DNA from: Minisyncoccota bacterium
Lineage (GTDB): Bacteria > Patescibacteriota > Minisyncoccia > Minisyncoccales > Minisyncoccaceae
Reading direction: 5' to 3'
Assembly: GCA_041649895.1 (NCBI GenBank)
Contig: JBAZMG010000006.1
Coordinates: 1 to 23,655 of the forward strand
DNA: 23,655 nucleotides
The notes below the pieces were generated by a model. It saw only the letters and a program-made list of their open reading frames with translations. It made no database searches and had not been told where the DNA came from. The position numbers and the translations under genes were made by a program. Positions 8,956-17,105 of this stretch are shown in pieces. The first letter of the stretch is position 1. Each line of letters starts with the position of its first letter.

Positions 8956-9895
8956 AATCAACGCATTCACATTAATAGAACTACTTGTGGTTATTGCAAT
9001 CATCGGGATTTTGTCTGCATTAATTATCATTGGGATGAGCTCGACAACACAGAAAGCTAGTGTTGCCAAGGCGCAAGTGTTCGCTAATTCTCTACGTAAT
9101 TCATTGATGTCGGATATGGTTTCGGAGTGGAAGCTTGATGATGGGACAGGAAACAGCACAACGAAAGATTCCTGGGCTTCGACTTTTACAAATACGGGGA
9201 CCTTGGGAACCGCAGCAGTGGGGGATGCAAGCGAGCCCACATGGCTAAGTACTGGTTGCGTTTCCGGAAACTGTCTTTCTTTTGACGGCACCGACGATTA
9301 TGTTGATTTTGGGAGCAATGCGTCTTTATCTATGGGGACTAAAGACCATACTGCGTCATTCTGGGTTAAATTTGATAATGCGGTAGCAATAGAAAATAAT
9401 ACACTGATTAAATGCGGGGCCTTCGGCGCCTCTCTTGGATCAGACGGATACTGGCTTGTTAGATTAAACGGTACAAACAAACTATATTGTTATTTCTCCG
9501 ACGGAGAAACAACAACATTGCTTGGTAATTATTTATCCGCGGATGGTTCTTTGGTTGCCGATACTTGGTACAATATTGTTGTAATGTTCGACAGGAGCGG
9601 AGTGGCTCAAGCATACATAAATGGCGTAATACAATCAGGAACACTAAACATATCATCACAAACAGGAGACGTGCAAAATAGTAGAAGTTTTACTATTGGA
9701 GCCTGGTCAGCAACACTACATCGATCCGCTGGCAAAATGGACGAAGTACGAATATTCCACGCGATTACGACACTTTCTCAAATTCAACAAAACTACTTCG
9801 CAGGACTGAACAAACTTTTGGCTAATGGGGAAGTGGAAACATCAGAATACCAACAACGCTTAACTGAATTATCAAACAATTACGCACGGGATTAA
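8942..9895 (+). CDS. prepilin-type N-terminal domain + LamG-like domain protein (copy 7)
   Basis: MQRIKINAFTLIELL...; body of the DDGTGNSTTKDSWAS subtype; 14-nt overlap with copy 6. Confidence 0.88.
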   Translation: MQRIKINAFTLIELLVVIAIIGILSALIIIGMSSTTQKASVAKAQVFANSLRNSLMSDMVSEWKLDDGTGNSTTKDSWASTFTNTGTLGTAAVGDASEPTWLSTGCVSGNCLSFDGTDDYVDFGSNASLSMGTKDHTASFWVKFDNAVAIENNTLIKCGAFGASLGSDGYWLVRLNGTNKLYCYFSDGETTTLLGNYLSADGSLVADTWYNIVVMFDRSGVAQAYINGVIQSGTLNISSQTGDVQNSRSFTIGAWSATLHRSAGKMDEVRIFHAITTLSQIQQNYFAGLNKLLANGEVETSEYQQRLTELSNNYARD

Positions 9896-9925
9896 AATGT
9901 TTGGGGGTTAAACCCCCAAACATTT
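9895..9925. promoter_or_regulatory. intergenic perfect palindrome identical to 5176-5206
   Basis: AAATGTTTGGGGGTTAAACCCCCAAACATTT. Confidence 0.85.
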
Positions 9926-9931
9926 AAAACA

Positions 9932-10870
9932 ATGAATAGAAATATAAAAACAAAATTGGCATTTACATTGATAGAATTATTGGTCGTGATTGCAATCATC
10001 GGGATACTTTCGGCTTTGATCATTATTGGGATGAGTTCGACGACACAGAAAGCTAGTGTTGCCAAATCGCAGGTGTTTGCCAATTCATTGCGCAATTCTT
10101 TGATGGCGGATATGGTTTCAGAATGGAAATTGGACGGGAATACTAACGATACTTGGGCGTCTTCAAATGCGAACAACGGAACGTGGTCGGGACCAACCGC
10201 GCCGAATGCCGTCGCTACTTACGGGACGGCAGCCGAATGCGTCTCCGGACAATGTATGGATTTTGACGGTGTGGATGATGTAGTTGATTTTGGAAATAAC
10301 GCTTCGTTATCAATGGGAACAAAAGATCACACAGTCTCTATTTGGGTTAAATTCGATAACGCATCACCCCCAACAGAAGAAGAAACATTAATTTTTTGCG
10401 GCGGAACAGTGGCCGCGACAGAAGGCTATTGGATCAGGAGACAAATTGGAGGAACAGGAATTTATTTTTGTTTTAACGATGGCTCGGCAACAAGGGCTAA
10501 CGGTGCTTTATCAGCGAACGGAACTTTAATTAATAATATTTGGTATAATATAGTAATAACAATGGACAGAGATTCTAATGCCCAAGCATATATAAATGGA
10601 CAAAAACAAACTGGTTATGTTGTTAGTCTCTCCTCTTGGCAAACCGACATACAGAATACTTATAATTTCCAAATTGGTGGATTTGGAGCTGTTTATACAA
10701 TGGCGGGAAAAATTGATGAAGTAAGAATATTCAATGCGATAACAACACTTTCTCAAATTCAACAAAATTACTTTGCAGGACTGAACAAACTTTTTACCAA
10801 CAAGGGAGTGGAACCGTCTGAATACCAAAAAGAGGTCACGAATTTAATTTCAAACCATGCAAAGAATTAA
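9932..10870 (+). CDS. prepilin-type N-terminal domain + LamG-like domain protein (copy 8)
   Basis: MNRNIKTKLAFTLIELL...; DGNTNDTWASSNANNGTW subtype. Confidence 0.88.
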   Translation: MNRNIKTKLAFTLIELLVVIAIIGILSALIIIGMSSTTQKASVAKSQVFANSLRNSLMADMVSEWKLDGNTNDTWASSNANNGTWSGPTAPNAVATYGTAAECVSGQCMDFDGVDDVVDFGNNASLSMGTKDHTVSIWVKFDNASPPTEEETLIFCGGTVAATEGYWIRRQIGGTGIYFCFNDGSATRANGALSANGTLINNIWYNIVITMDRDSNAQAYINGQKQTGYVVSLSSWQTDIQNTYNFQIGGFGAVYTMAGKIDEVRIFNAITTLSQIQQNYFAGLNKLFTNKGVEPSEYQKEVTNLISNHAKN

Positions 10871-11816
10871 CAAAGCATTTACATTAATTGAGCTATTGGT
10901 TGTGATAGCGATTATTGGTATTCTTTCGGCTTTGATCGTTATTGGGATGAGCTCAACAACACAGAAAGCCAGTGTTGCCAAGGCGCAAGTGTTTGCGAAT
11001 TCTCTGCGCAATTCGTTGCTGGCGGATATGGTTTCGGAGTGGAAATTGGATGACGGGACTGGAAACAGCACCACAAAAGATTCGTGGGCTTCGGTTTATG
11101 CCAATACGGGAACATTGGGAACAGCGGCGGTGGGGGACGCGAGCGAGCCAACATGGCTAAGTACCGGTTGCGTTTCCGGAAACTGCCTTGATTTTGACGG
11201 CGCTGACGATTATGTTGATTTTGGAAGCAATGCGTCTTTATCTATGGGGACTAAAGACCATATTGCGTCATTCTGGGTTAAATTTGATAATGCAGTGGCG
11301 GGCGCGCAACCCGAAACGCTAATAGTTTGCGGTTCAGTTACCGGTGGGGCGACTGGAGACGATGGTTATTGGATTGTACGCTATCAAGGAACAAGCAAAA
11401 TAAGAGGATATTTTTCTGATGGTTCGGCGGCATATATCGGCGGAGATTTATCTGCTAATAGTGTTTTTGTCGCTAATACTTGGTATAACATAGTAACAAC
11501 TTTTGATAGAGATGGAGTTGTTCAGGCATATGTTAATGGATTAAAACAAACGGGTTATTCAATAAACATTGCTCCTCAACAAGGAGATGTACAAAATTAT
11601 ATGAATTTGCGAATTGGAGCCTATTCGGCAACCGGACACCGTCTCGATGGTCAAATGGATGAGGTAAGAATCTTTCACGCCATAACAACGCTGTCTCAAA
11701 TAAAGCAAAACTATTACGCAGGACTGAACAAACTTTTTGCCAAAAACTCCCTAAATAGGGTAGAATATGAGTATAGGATGGCGGAATTACAAACTTCATC
11801 TTTAGCAAACAAATGA
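10857..11816 (+). CDS. prepilin-type N-terminal domain + LamG-like domain protein (copy 9)
   Basis: MQRINKAFTLIELL...; DDGTGNSTTKDSWAS subtype; 14-nt overlap with copy 8; divergent C-terminus. Confidence 0.88.
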   Translation: MQRINKAFTLIELLVVIAIIGILSALIVIGMSSTTQKASVAKAQVFANSLRNSLLADMVSEWKLDDGTGNSTTKDSWASVYANTGTLGTAAVGDASEPTWLSTGCVSGNCLDFDGADDYVDFGSNASLSMGTKDHIASFWVKFDNAVAGAQPETLIVCGSVTGGATGDDGYWIVRYQGTSKIRGYFSDGSAAYIGGDLSANSVFVANTWYNIVTTFDRDGVVQAYVNGLKQTGYSINIAPQQGDVQNYMNLRIGAYSATGHRLDGQMDEVRIFHAITTLSQIKQNYYAGLNKLFAKNSLNRVEYEYRMAELQTSSLANK

Positions 11817-12370
11817 TGCCTTATTTATTAGCTATTGCCTTATTCTTTCTTCCGGCTTACGTGGCGAATACCACGCCGCCTTTGGCAAACCGATTTAATA
11901 TTCTAAACAGCTTGTATAAGCCGATAGACAACAACAAGACAATAAACGGAATGCCGATCTTAGGCACACACAAAAGCTGGCGGGGATTGGTTTTGGAAAT
12001 CATATTCTGTACTGTCCTAACAGGAGCGATGTTTATTCTAAACAAGCAGTTCGGGTGGGGGATTTATGAATCACTCGGATTCGCCTACGAAAAGATCAAT
12101 GGCTTTGTTTTCGGTCTGATCTTTGGCGTTGGTATAGTTTTTGGCGATCTACTCTTCGCCTTTATCAAGCGCAGACTGCGCCTTAGGCCCGGGTTTCCTT
12201 TTATCCCGTTCGATCAGATCAACTATGTTATCGGTGCCTTTATTTTCACCGAACCAATCGCGCATTTGGGAATAAAGTTTTGGATCATTCTTGCCGGAAT
12301 AACCCTGATTATACACATTGTTTTCAATCGTCTTGGGTATAATATGGGGTTGCACAAAGCAAAATGGTAA
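11813..12370 (+). CDS. CDP-archaeol synthase-like (CarS/DUF46 family) membrane protein
   Basis: PPLANRFN...PIDNNKTINGMPILGTHKSWRGLV...GDLLFAFIKRRLRLRPG..FIPFDQINYVIGA motif set; ATGA overlap with copy 9. Confidence 0.75.
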   Translation: MMPYLLAIALFFLPAYVANTTPPLANRFNILNSLYKPIDNNKTINGMPILGTHKSWRGLVLEIIFCTVLTGAMFILNKQFGWGIYESLGFAYEKINGFVFGLIFGVGIVFGDLLFAFIKRRLRLRPGFPFIPFDQINYVIGAFIFTEPIAHLGIKFWIILAGITLIIHIVFNRLGYNMGLHKAKW

Positions 12371-12389
12371 TATAAGATTAAAAAGCAAC

Positions 12390-12413
12390 GCCCCTACCAT
12401 ATATATGGTAGGG
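12390..12413. other. perfect 24-nt palindrome
   Basis: GCCCTACCATATATATGGTAGGGC, followed by a second imperfect hairpin CGCCTTCGCC...GGCGAGGCG (12423-12461). Confidence 0.85.
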
Positions 12414-12471
12414 CATAAAAACCGCCTTCGCCCCGAGCTAACCAAAAGCTACGGCGAGGCGCAGAAATATT

Positions 12472-13155
12472 ATGCAAAATCTATTTAATATAATTTCCGC
12501 GAGTGCCGAGCGAACATTATCAATGTTAACGCAAAATTTAGTCACAAACGCCGCAAATTTGATCGGTGCTGTTTTGGTATTTATTATCGGCTGGCTTATC
12601 GCGAAGAAAATAAAGGGATTCTTCACCGACCTTTTAAACAAGATCCGCCTGAACCAAATGGCGAAATCTCTGGGATGGGAACCGTTTTTTGACAAATATG
12701 ACACTCGCCTCAATGTCCCAAAATTTTTCGGAGCGATCATTGAATTATTTTTTGTTTTACTGTTTTTAACAATTTCTTTTGACATCTTGGGCCTAGCGCA
12801 AGTAAACGCATTCCTTTTGACAATCATCAATTATTTCCCGAACATCTTTATTTCAATGCTGATCTTTATCTTCGCGGTGTTTGTTGCCGACTTTTCAAAA
12901 AAGATCGTGCTCGTCAGCTTGAACAAAGAAAAAATAACCTATTCGGGAATATTGGGCGACAGCATTGCCTGGATCACGTGGATTATGGCGATACTCGCCA
13001 TCCTGTATCAATTAAATATAGTCCCGACAATAGTGCTGACTATATTTATTGGATTCGTCGCCTTGATTGTTATTGTTTTTGGATTGGCATTCGGATTGGG
13101 CGGAAGGGAATTTGCTAAAAAAATATTAGAAGACTTGGAGAACCGGGCACGATAA
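12472..13155 (+). CDS. mechanosensitive ion channel family conserved TM-helix protein
   Basis: NAANLIGAVLVFIIGWLIAKKIKGFF...LGLAQVN.FL..IINYFPNIFISMLIFIFAVFVADF pattern. Confidence 0.7.
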   Translation: MQNLFNIISASAERTLSMLTQNLVTNAANLIGAVLVFIIGWLIAKKIKGFFTDLLNKIRLNQMAKSLGWEPFFDKYDTRLNVPKFFGAIIELFFVLLFLTISFDILGLAQVNAFLLTIINYFPNIFISMLIFIFAVFVADFSKKIVLVSLNKEKITYSGILGDSIAWITWIMAILAILYQLNIVPTIVLTIFIGFVALIVIVFGLAFGLGGREFAKKILEDLENRAR

Positions 13156-13189
13156 TAAAATAGAGGAAAAGCATGGGCGATTCCTCTTT

Positions 13190-15001
13190 TTGATATTTAT
13201 GGATACAATAACGTACAAAGAACTACAAAAAATGATCCTCTTTTCCGGGGAGAGGGTTAATAGAGATAAAGAACAAATAAACAAGATCAATGTATTTCCG
13301 GTTCCGGACCAGGACACGGGCTCTAATTTGGCTGCGACATTAAAGGGAATAAAAGAAGCGATTGAAGGCAAAGAATTCGGCTCAATGGAAGAATTCGCGA
13401 ACACCGTTTTGGACAGCGCCCTGACTGCGGCGCAAGGCAATGCCGGAATTATTTACACCGGATTTTTGGCCGGGTTTTTGCCCGCGATAAGCGACGTGGA
13501 AGAAGTTGATGCCAAAAAGCTTGGCAATGCTTTTAAGCTCGGATACGAGCGAGCAAAAGACTCAATCCAAAATCCGAAAGAGGGAACTATTTTAGATGTT
13601 GTCCACGCTTTTGCCGAAACTTTTAACGAGTTATCAGAAGAAAAAGAAGATATCATCGAAATATTTTACGAATCTTTCGGGAAGGCCAACCAGGCCCTGC
13701 TTGATACGCCGAATAAAATGGAATTACTGAAAAAGGCCGGCGTGGTTGATGCCGGGGGATTGGGATTTTTAATGATCCTTGAAACCTACCTTGATACGCT
13801 AAAGGAACAGACCGTGGAAAAGGTCGCGGCAAAACCCTTCCTTGCTCCGGGCGAAGAATCAGCCACGAGAAAGTTCGTCCAAATTCTATCAAACCGATAC
13901 GAAGTGGTCGCCCTGTTGGCAAATCCGAACTTAAAAGAAAAAGAGATCAGGGACAAACTGAAAAATCTGGGCAATTGCCTTGATATTATCCAAATCGCGA
14001 ACCGAATAAAGATACACATCCACACCGATGACCCTTATGAGACCAGAGATATTATTTCCAATATGGGTACGGTCGAAAATCTGAGAATTCAGGATATGGC
14101 GAGGGAAGTGGTGGGAGAAGAGTCGATGGAAAACGTTTCCATCGGCATTGTAATCGATGAACGCGCGGGATTGAGCCAAAAAATAATCCAGCATTATGAT
14201 ATTGAAGTAATCCCGTTCCGTATCACCTGGCCGGAAGAACAAAACTTGCCCGGGCACAACGTGTGCGAAAAAATAAAAGAAGCGAAAAAGAAGGGATTGA
14301 ACACCAAACCGAAGATCTCTTCCATTTCTCCGGAATTCTTTATGGAATCGTACAAAAAACAATTGGAAAAATTTGAAACTATTATCTGCATTGTCAGTAG
14401 CTCCAAACTTTCCGACAACTACAATTCCGCCCTGAAAGCGCGGGAAATGCTAAATTGGAATATGAGAGAAAGGGTTTTTGTCGTTGATTCGAAAAACATC
14501 AGCGCCGGACAATCCCTTGTGGTTTTGGAAGCGATCGAGCTCATCCGGGAACAGAGAAAAATAAAAGAAATAAAAGAACGCTTGGAAGTGGCGATTCCTC
14601 AGATCAATCTGCTCGGCATTTTAAAAAACGCGGCGTGGTGGAAAAAAGACAATCCGACCGCGAAGTTTTGGTTTACCAAAGAAAAACCGCAAGATTCTTT
14701 TTGGCTCATAGAAACAAAAGATGGAAAAATCAATCCAACGGAAAAAGTAAGATCAAATGATTTCGCCGACGTCTTGTTCAAAAAAATAGAACGGGCCGCG
14801 CGAAGAGACTTGCGAGAAGGTAAAAAGATCAGAGTGGTTATCGCGCACGCCGACAGCCTGGATCAAGCGGAAAAGCTCAAAGAAAAATTAAAGACCACGA
14901 AACGGGCTGATATTTCCTTTATCAGTATCACAGATCCGGTCACAAGCATAAACGCTTGCCCGGACAGCCTTATAGTGGCGTGGATCGTTCACCCGAGTTA
15001 A
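13190..15001 (+). CDS. DAK2 domain (FakA-like fatty acid kinase) fused to a C-terminal DegV/FakB-like domain
   Basis: NVFPVPDQDTGSNLAAT and AAQGNAGI DAK2 motifs, KIHIHTDDP FakA middle-domain motif, then IGIVIDERAGLSQKIIQHYDIEVIPFRITW DegV-like region. Confidence 0.82.
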   Translation: MIFMDTITYKELQKMILFSGERVNRDKEQINKINVFPVPDQDTGSNLAATLKGIKEAIEGKEFGSMEEFANTVLDSALTAAQGNAGIIYTGFLAGFLPAISDVEEVDAKKLGNAFKLGYERAKDSIQNPKEGTILDVVHAFAETFNELSEEKEDIIEIFYESFGKANQALLDTPNKMELLKKAGVVDAGGLGFLMILETYLDTLKEQTVEKVAAKPFLAPGEESATRKFVQILSNRYEVVALLANPNLKEKEIRDKLKNLGNCLDIIQIANRIKIHIHTDDPYETRDIISNMGTVENLRIQDMAREVVGEESMENVSIGIVIDERAGLSQKIIQHYDIEVIPFRITWPEEQNLPGHNVCEKIKEAKKKGLNTKPKISSISPEFFMESYKKQLEKFETIICIVSSSKLSDNYNSALKAREMLNWNMRERVFVVDSKNISAGQSLVVLEAIELIREQRKIKEIKERLEVAIPQINLLGILKNAAWWKKDNPTAKFWFTKEKPQDSFWLIETKDGKINPTEKVRSNDFADVLFKKIERAARRDLREGKKIRVVIAHADSLDQAEKLKEKLKTTKRADISFISITDPVTSINACPDSLIVAWIVHPS

Positions 15002-15132
15002 ACAATTTTGCTTTGCAAAATTAGCGCATAGCGCTGTTTAACCGGGTAAAATAAGAATAAAGAATCAGGAATCAAGAATTAAGAATAAAAACAGGGAACG
15101 ATTCCAATTCATAAAAATTAGATATTAAATCA

Positions 15133-16026
15133 ATGGAAACAGAAAACCAAAACAAAAAATTAATTGGCATCGTGGCCGACGAGGCCGTTGACCTGCCTGA
15201 TTCAATTGTACAAGAAAACGAGATATCGCTCGTAAAATTCAAATTGGATTTCGAAGAACTAAAGGATGTTCCCGGCAATGTTTATGAAAAAATGCGCGAG
15301 GGAGAGAGAAGGGGACTCAAGACCATTGCCAAGACATCACAACCATCCATTAATGACTTTTTAGGCGCGTACCGGGAAAAACTGAAAAGATTTGAAGAGA
15401 TAATTTGCTTCACCATATCGGGAAAACTATCAGGAACTTTTAACTCCGCTTTACAGGCAACAAAATTTTTACCAAAAGAAGCCCAAGATAAAATTCATCT
15501 GGTTGATACATTGAACGCAACCGGGGGAGAAGGTCTTGTAGCTTTGTGGGCAGCCGATATGATCAAAGAAGCAAAATTGAAAGCCGGAGAGATCGCGGAA
15601 ACAATACGGAAAAATGTTTCCAATTTCAAACTGATCGGGATCTATGGAACACCGAAATGGCTTGAAGCGAGCGGACGCTTGCCAAAATTTTTGCCGGCAC
15701 CCTTGAGGCAAGCGGAAAAAATGAACCTCAAGCCTATTTTTGCCCTGAAAAACGGAAAGATTACTTTTATAAGCATTCGAAAAAACTTAAATGGCATCGC
15801 GAATACTCTATTCCAAGAGTTTGAAAAGCAAACTCTGGCGGCGCGCAATCAAGGAAAAAAGATCAGAGCCGCGATCACTCACGGCGACAACCCGGCTGGA
15901 GCGGAAGAACTGAAAAATTTGGTCTCAAGTTTGGAAAATGTAAAAGTGGAGTTTATAAGCCTGGCTTGTTTTCCGATCGGAGGACATGTCGGCCCGGAAT
16001 CATTAGTGCTTTCCTGGCAACAATAA
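15133..16026 (+). CDS. DegV family (FakB-like fatty acid-binding) protein
   Basis: GIVADEAVDLPDSIV, KTSQPS, TISGKLSGTFNSA, GHVGPES motifs. Confidence 0.85.
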   Translation: METENQNKKLIGIVADEAVDLPDSIVQENEISLVKFKLDFEELKDVPGNVYEKMREGERRGLKTIAKTSQPSINDFLGAYREKLKRFEEIICFTISGKLSGTFNSALQATKFLPKEAQDKIHLVDTLNATGGEGLVALWAADMIKEAKLKAGEIAETIRKNVSNFKLIGIYGTPKWLEASGRLPKFLPAPLRQAEKMNLKPIFALKNGKITFISIRKNLNGIANTLFQEFEKQTLAARNQGKKIRAAITHGDNPAGAEELKNLVSSLENVKVEFISLACFPIGGHVGPESLVLSWQQ

Positions 16027-16096
16027 CCCCCACCTTTTTAAAAAAGATGGGGGCAAAAAAGAATAAAAATAAAGAAACACTAATTGCATAAAATAT

Positions 16097-16972
16097 ATGA
16101 GTATCAAAATCATCGTAGGCGAAAGCGCCCCCACGACTCCGGATATTGTGGCAAAGTACGGTTTTGCGACCGTACCGTTTAAGATCGATTGGCCCGAGTT
16201 CGACACCATTAAGGGCAATACGCTTTTTCAAAAAATGCGCGAAGCGAAAAAGCAAGGCATCAAAACCACCCCCAAAACTTCTCAGCCGTCTATAGGCATA
16301 TACAAAAAAGCTTTTGACGAAGCCCTTGTCGACAACGAATATATTCTCGCGATCACTATCAGCTCCGGCATCTCGGGAACTTACAACTCCGCCATTCAAG
16401 CAAAAAAGATGTTCAGTGAAGACGCGCAAAAAAAGATCTATGTTTTTGATACATTTAACGCCGATGCCGCGGAAAGCTTGTTTGCCATTAAAGCGGGGGA
16501 TATGGCGGTGCAAGAAAAGACCATTGATGAAGTAATGGCAAAATTGGAAGAATTAAAACCATCAGCCAAACTGTACGGATTTTTGGACGACCCTTATTGG
16601 CTTGAGGCCGGAGGCAGGATCAGCCATGCCGTAGCCGTAATAATGGCGCAAATGCAAAAGATCGGAATGCGGCCTCTTTTGTCAATGAAAGACGGGGTTG
16701 TTAAGCCGGCGAATCTGAAAATGCAAGCCAAGGACACGGCCGATGCTTTGTTTAAACAGCTGGAAAGCATTGTAAAAGATCCTCTCGCGGACGGGAAAAA
16801 GGTAAGCGTTGCCATAAGCCACGCGGACAATCCCGGAGAGGCCGAAAACTTGAAAAAAATGATCGAAGAAAAATATCCTAGCGCTAAAATAGAATTCGTG
16901 ACCGAGACCGGTCCGGTGATCGGCGCGCACATCGGACCCGGATCATTAATTTGCTGCTGTTTAATAGATTAA
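16097..16972 (+). CDS. DegV family (FakB-like fatty acid-binding) protein
   Basis: KTTPKTSQPSIG, ITISSGISGTYNSAI, GAHIGPGSLI motifs. Confidence 0.88.
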   Translation: MSIKIIVGESAPTTPDIVAKYGFATVPFKIDWPEFDTIKGNTLFQKMREAKKQGIKTTPKTSQPSIGIYKKAFDEALVDNEYILAITISSGISGTYNSAIQAKKMFSEDAQKKIYVFDTFNADAAESLFAIKAGDMAVQEKTIDEVMAKLEELKPSAKLYGFLDDPYWLEAGGRISHAVAVIMAQMQKIGMRPLLSMKDGVVKPANLKMQAKDTADALFKQLESIVKDPLADGKKVSVAISHADNPGEAENLKKMIEEKYPSAKIEFVTETGPVIGAHIGPGSLICCCLID

Positions 16973-17039
16973 CCCTGTTAAATACTTTTGCCAAGCAAAA
17001 GTAAAATTTAAAAGAATCTTTAAATTTTATTTAACAGGG
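16973..17039. other. predicted three-way-junction structure in DegV-PlsY intergenic region
   Basis: Outer stem CCCTGTTAAAT/ATTTAACAGGG enclosing TACTTTTGC-CAA-GCAAAAGTA and AAAATTTAAA/TTTAAATTTT hairpins. Confidence 0.65.
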
Positions 17040-17105
17040 CAAGCCCGGTTAAAAGCACTTACTGTAAACATTATTGATAAATATTAATTATAATAAATCC
17101 AACCC

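Noticed and set aside
3242-11808. Numerous antisense ORFs across the pilin array (e.g. 4117..4485 -, 6078..6389 -, 8929..9291 -)
   Set aside because: Recurring near-identical antisense ORFs mirror the conserved 5' region of the pilin genes and have no independent support.
3321-11816. Diversity-generating retroelement targeting the LamG heads
   Set aside because: No reverse transcriptase or template repeat visible in the window; the variation looks like whole-segment mosaicism. A remote RT elsewhere cannot be excluded.
10857-12370. Alternative genetic code (UGA = Gly, code 25)
   Set aside because: UGA functions well as the stop of pilin copy 9 with the next gene starting in ATGA, and other genes end cleanly under the standard bacterial code.
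13126-16932. Antisense ORFs under the DAK2/DegV genes
   Set aside because: Overlap strongly supported + strand CDSs; composition consistent with shadow ORFs.
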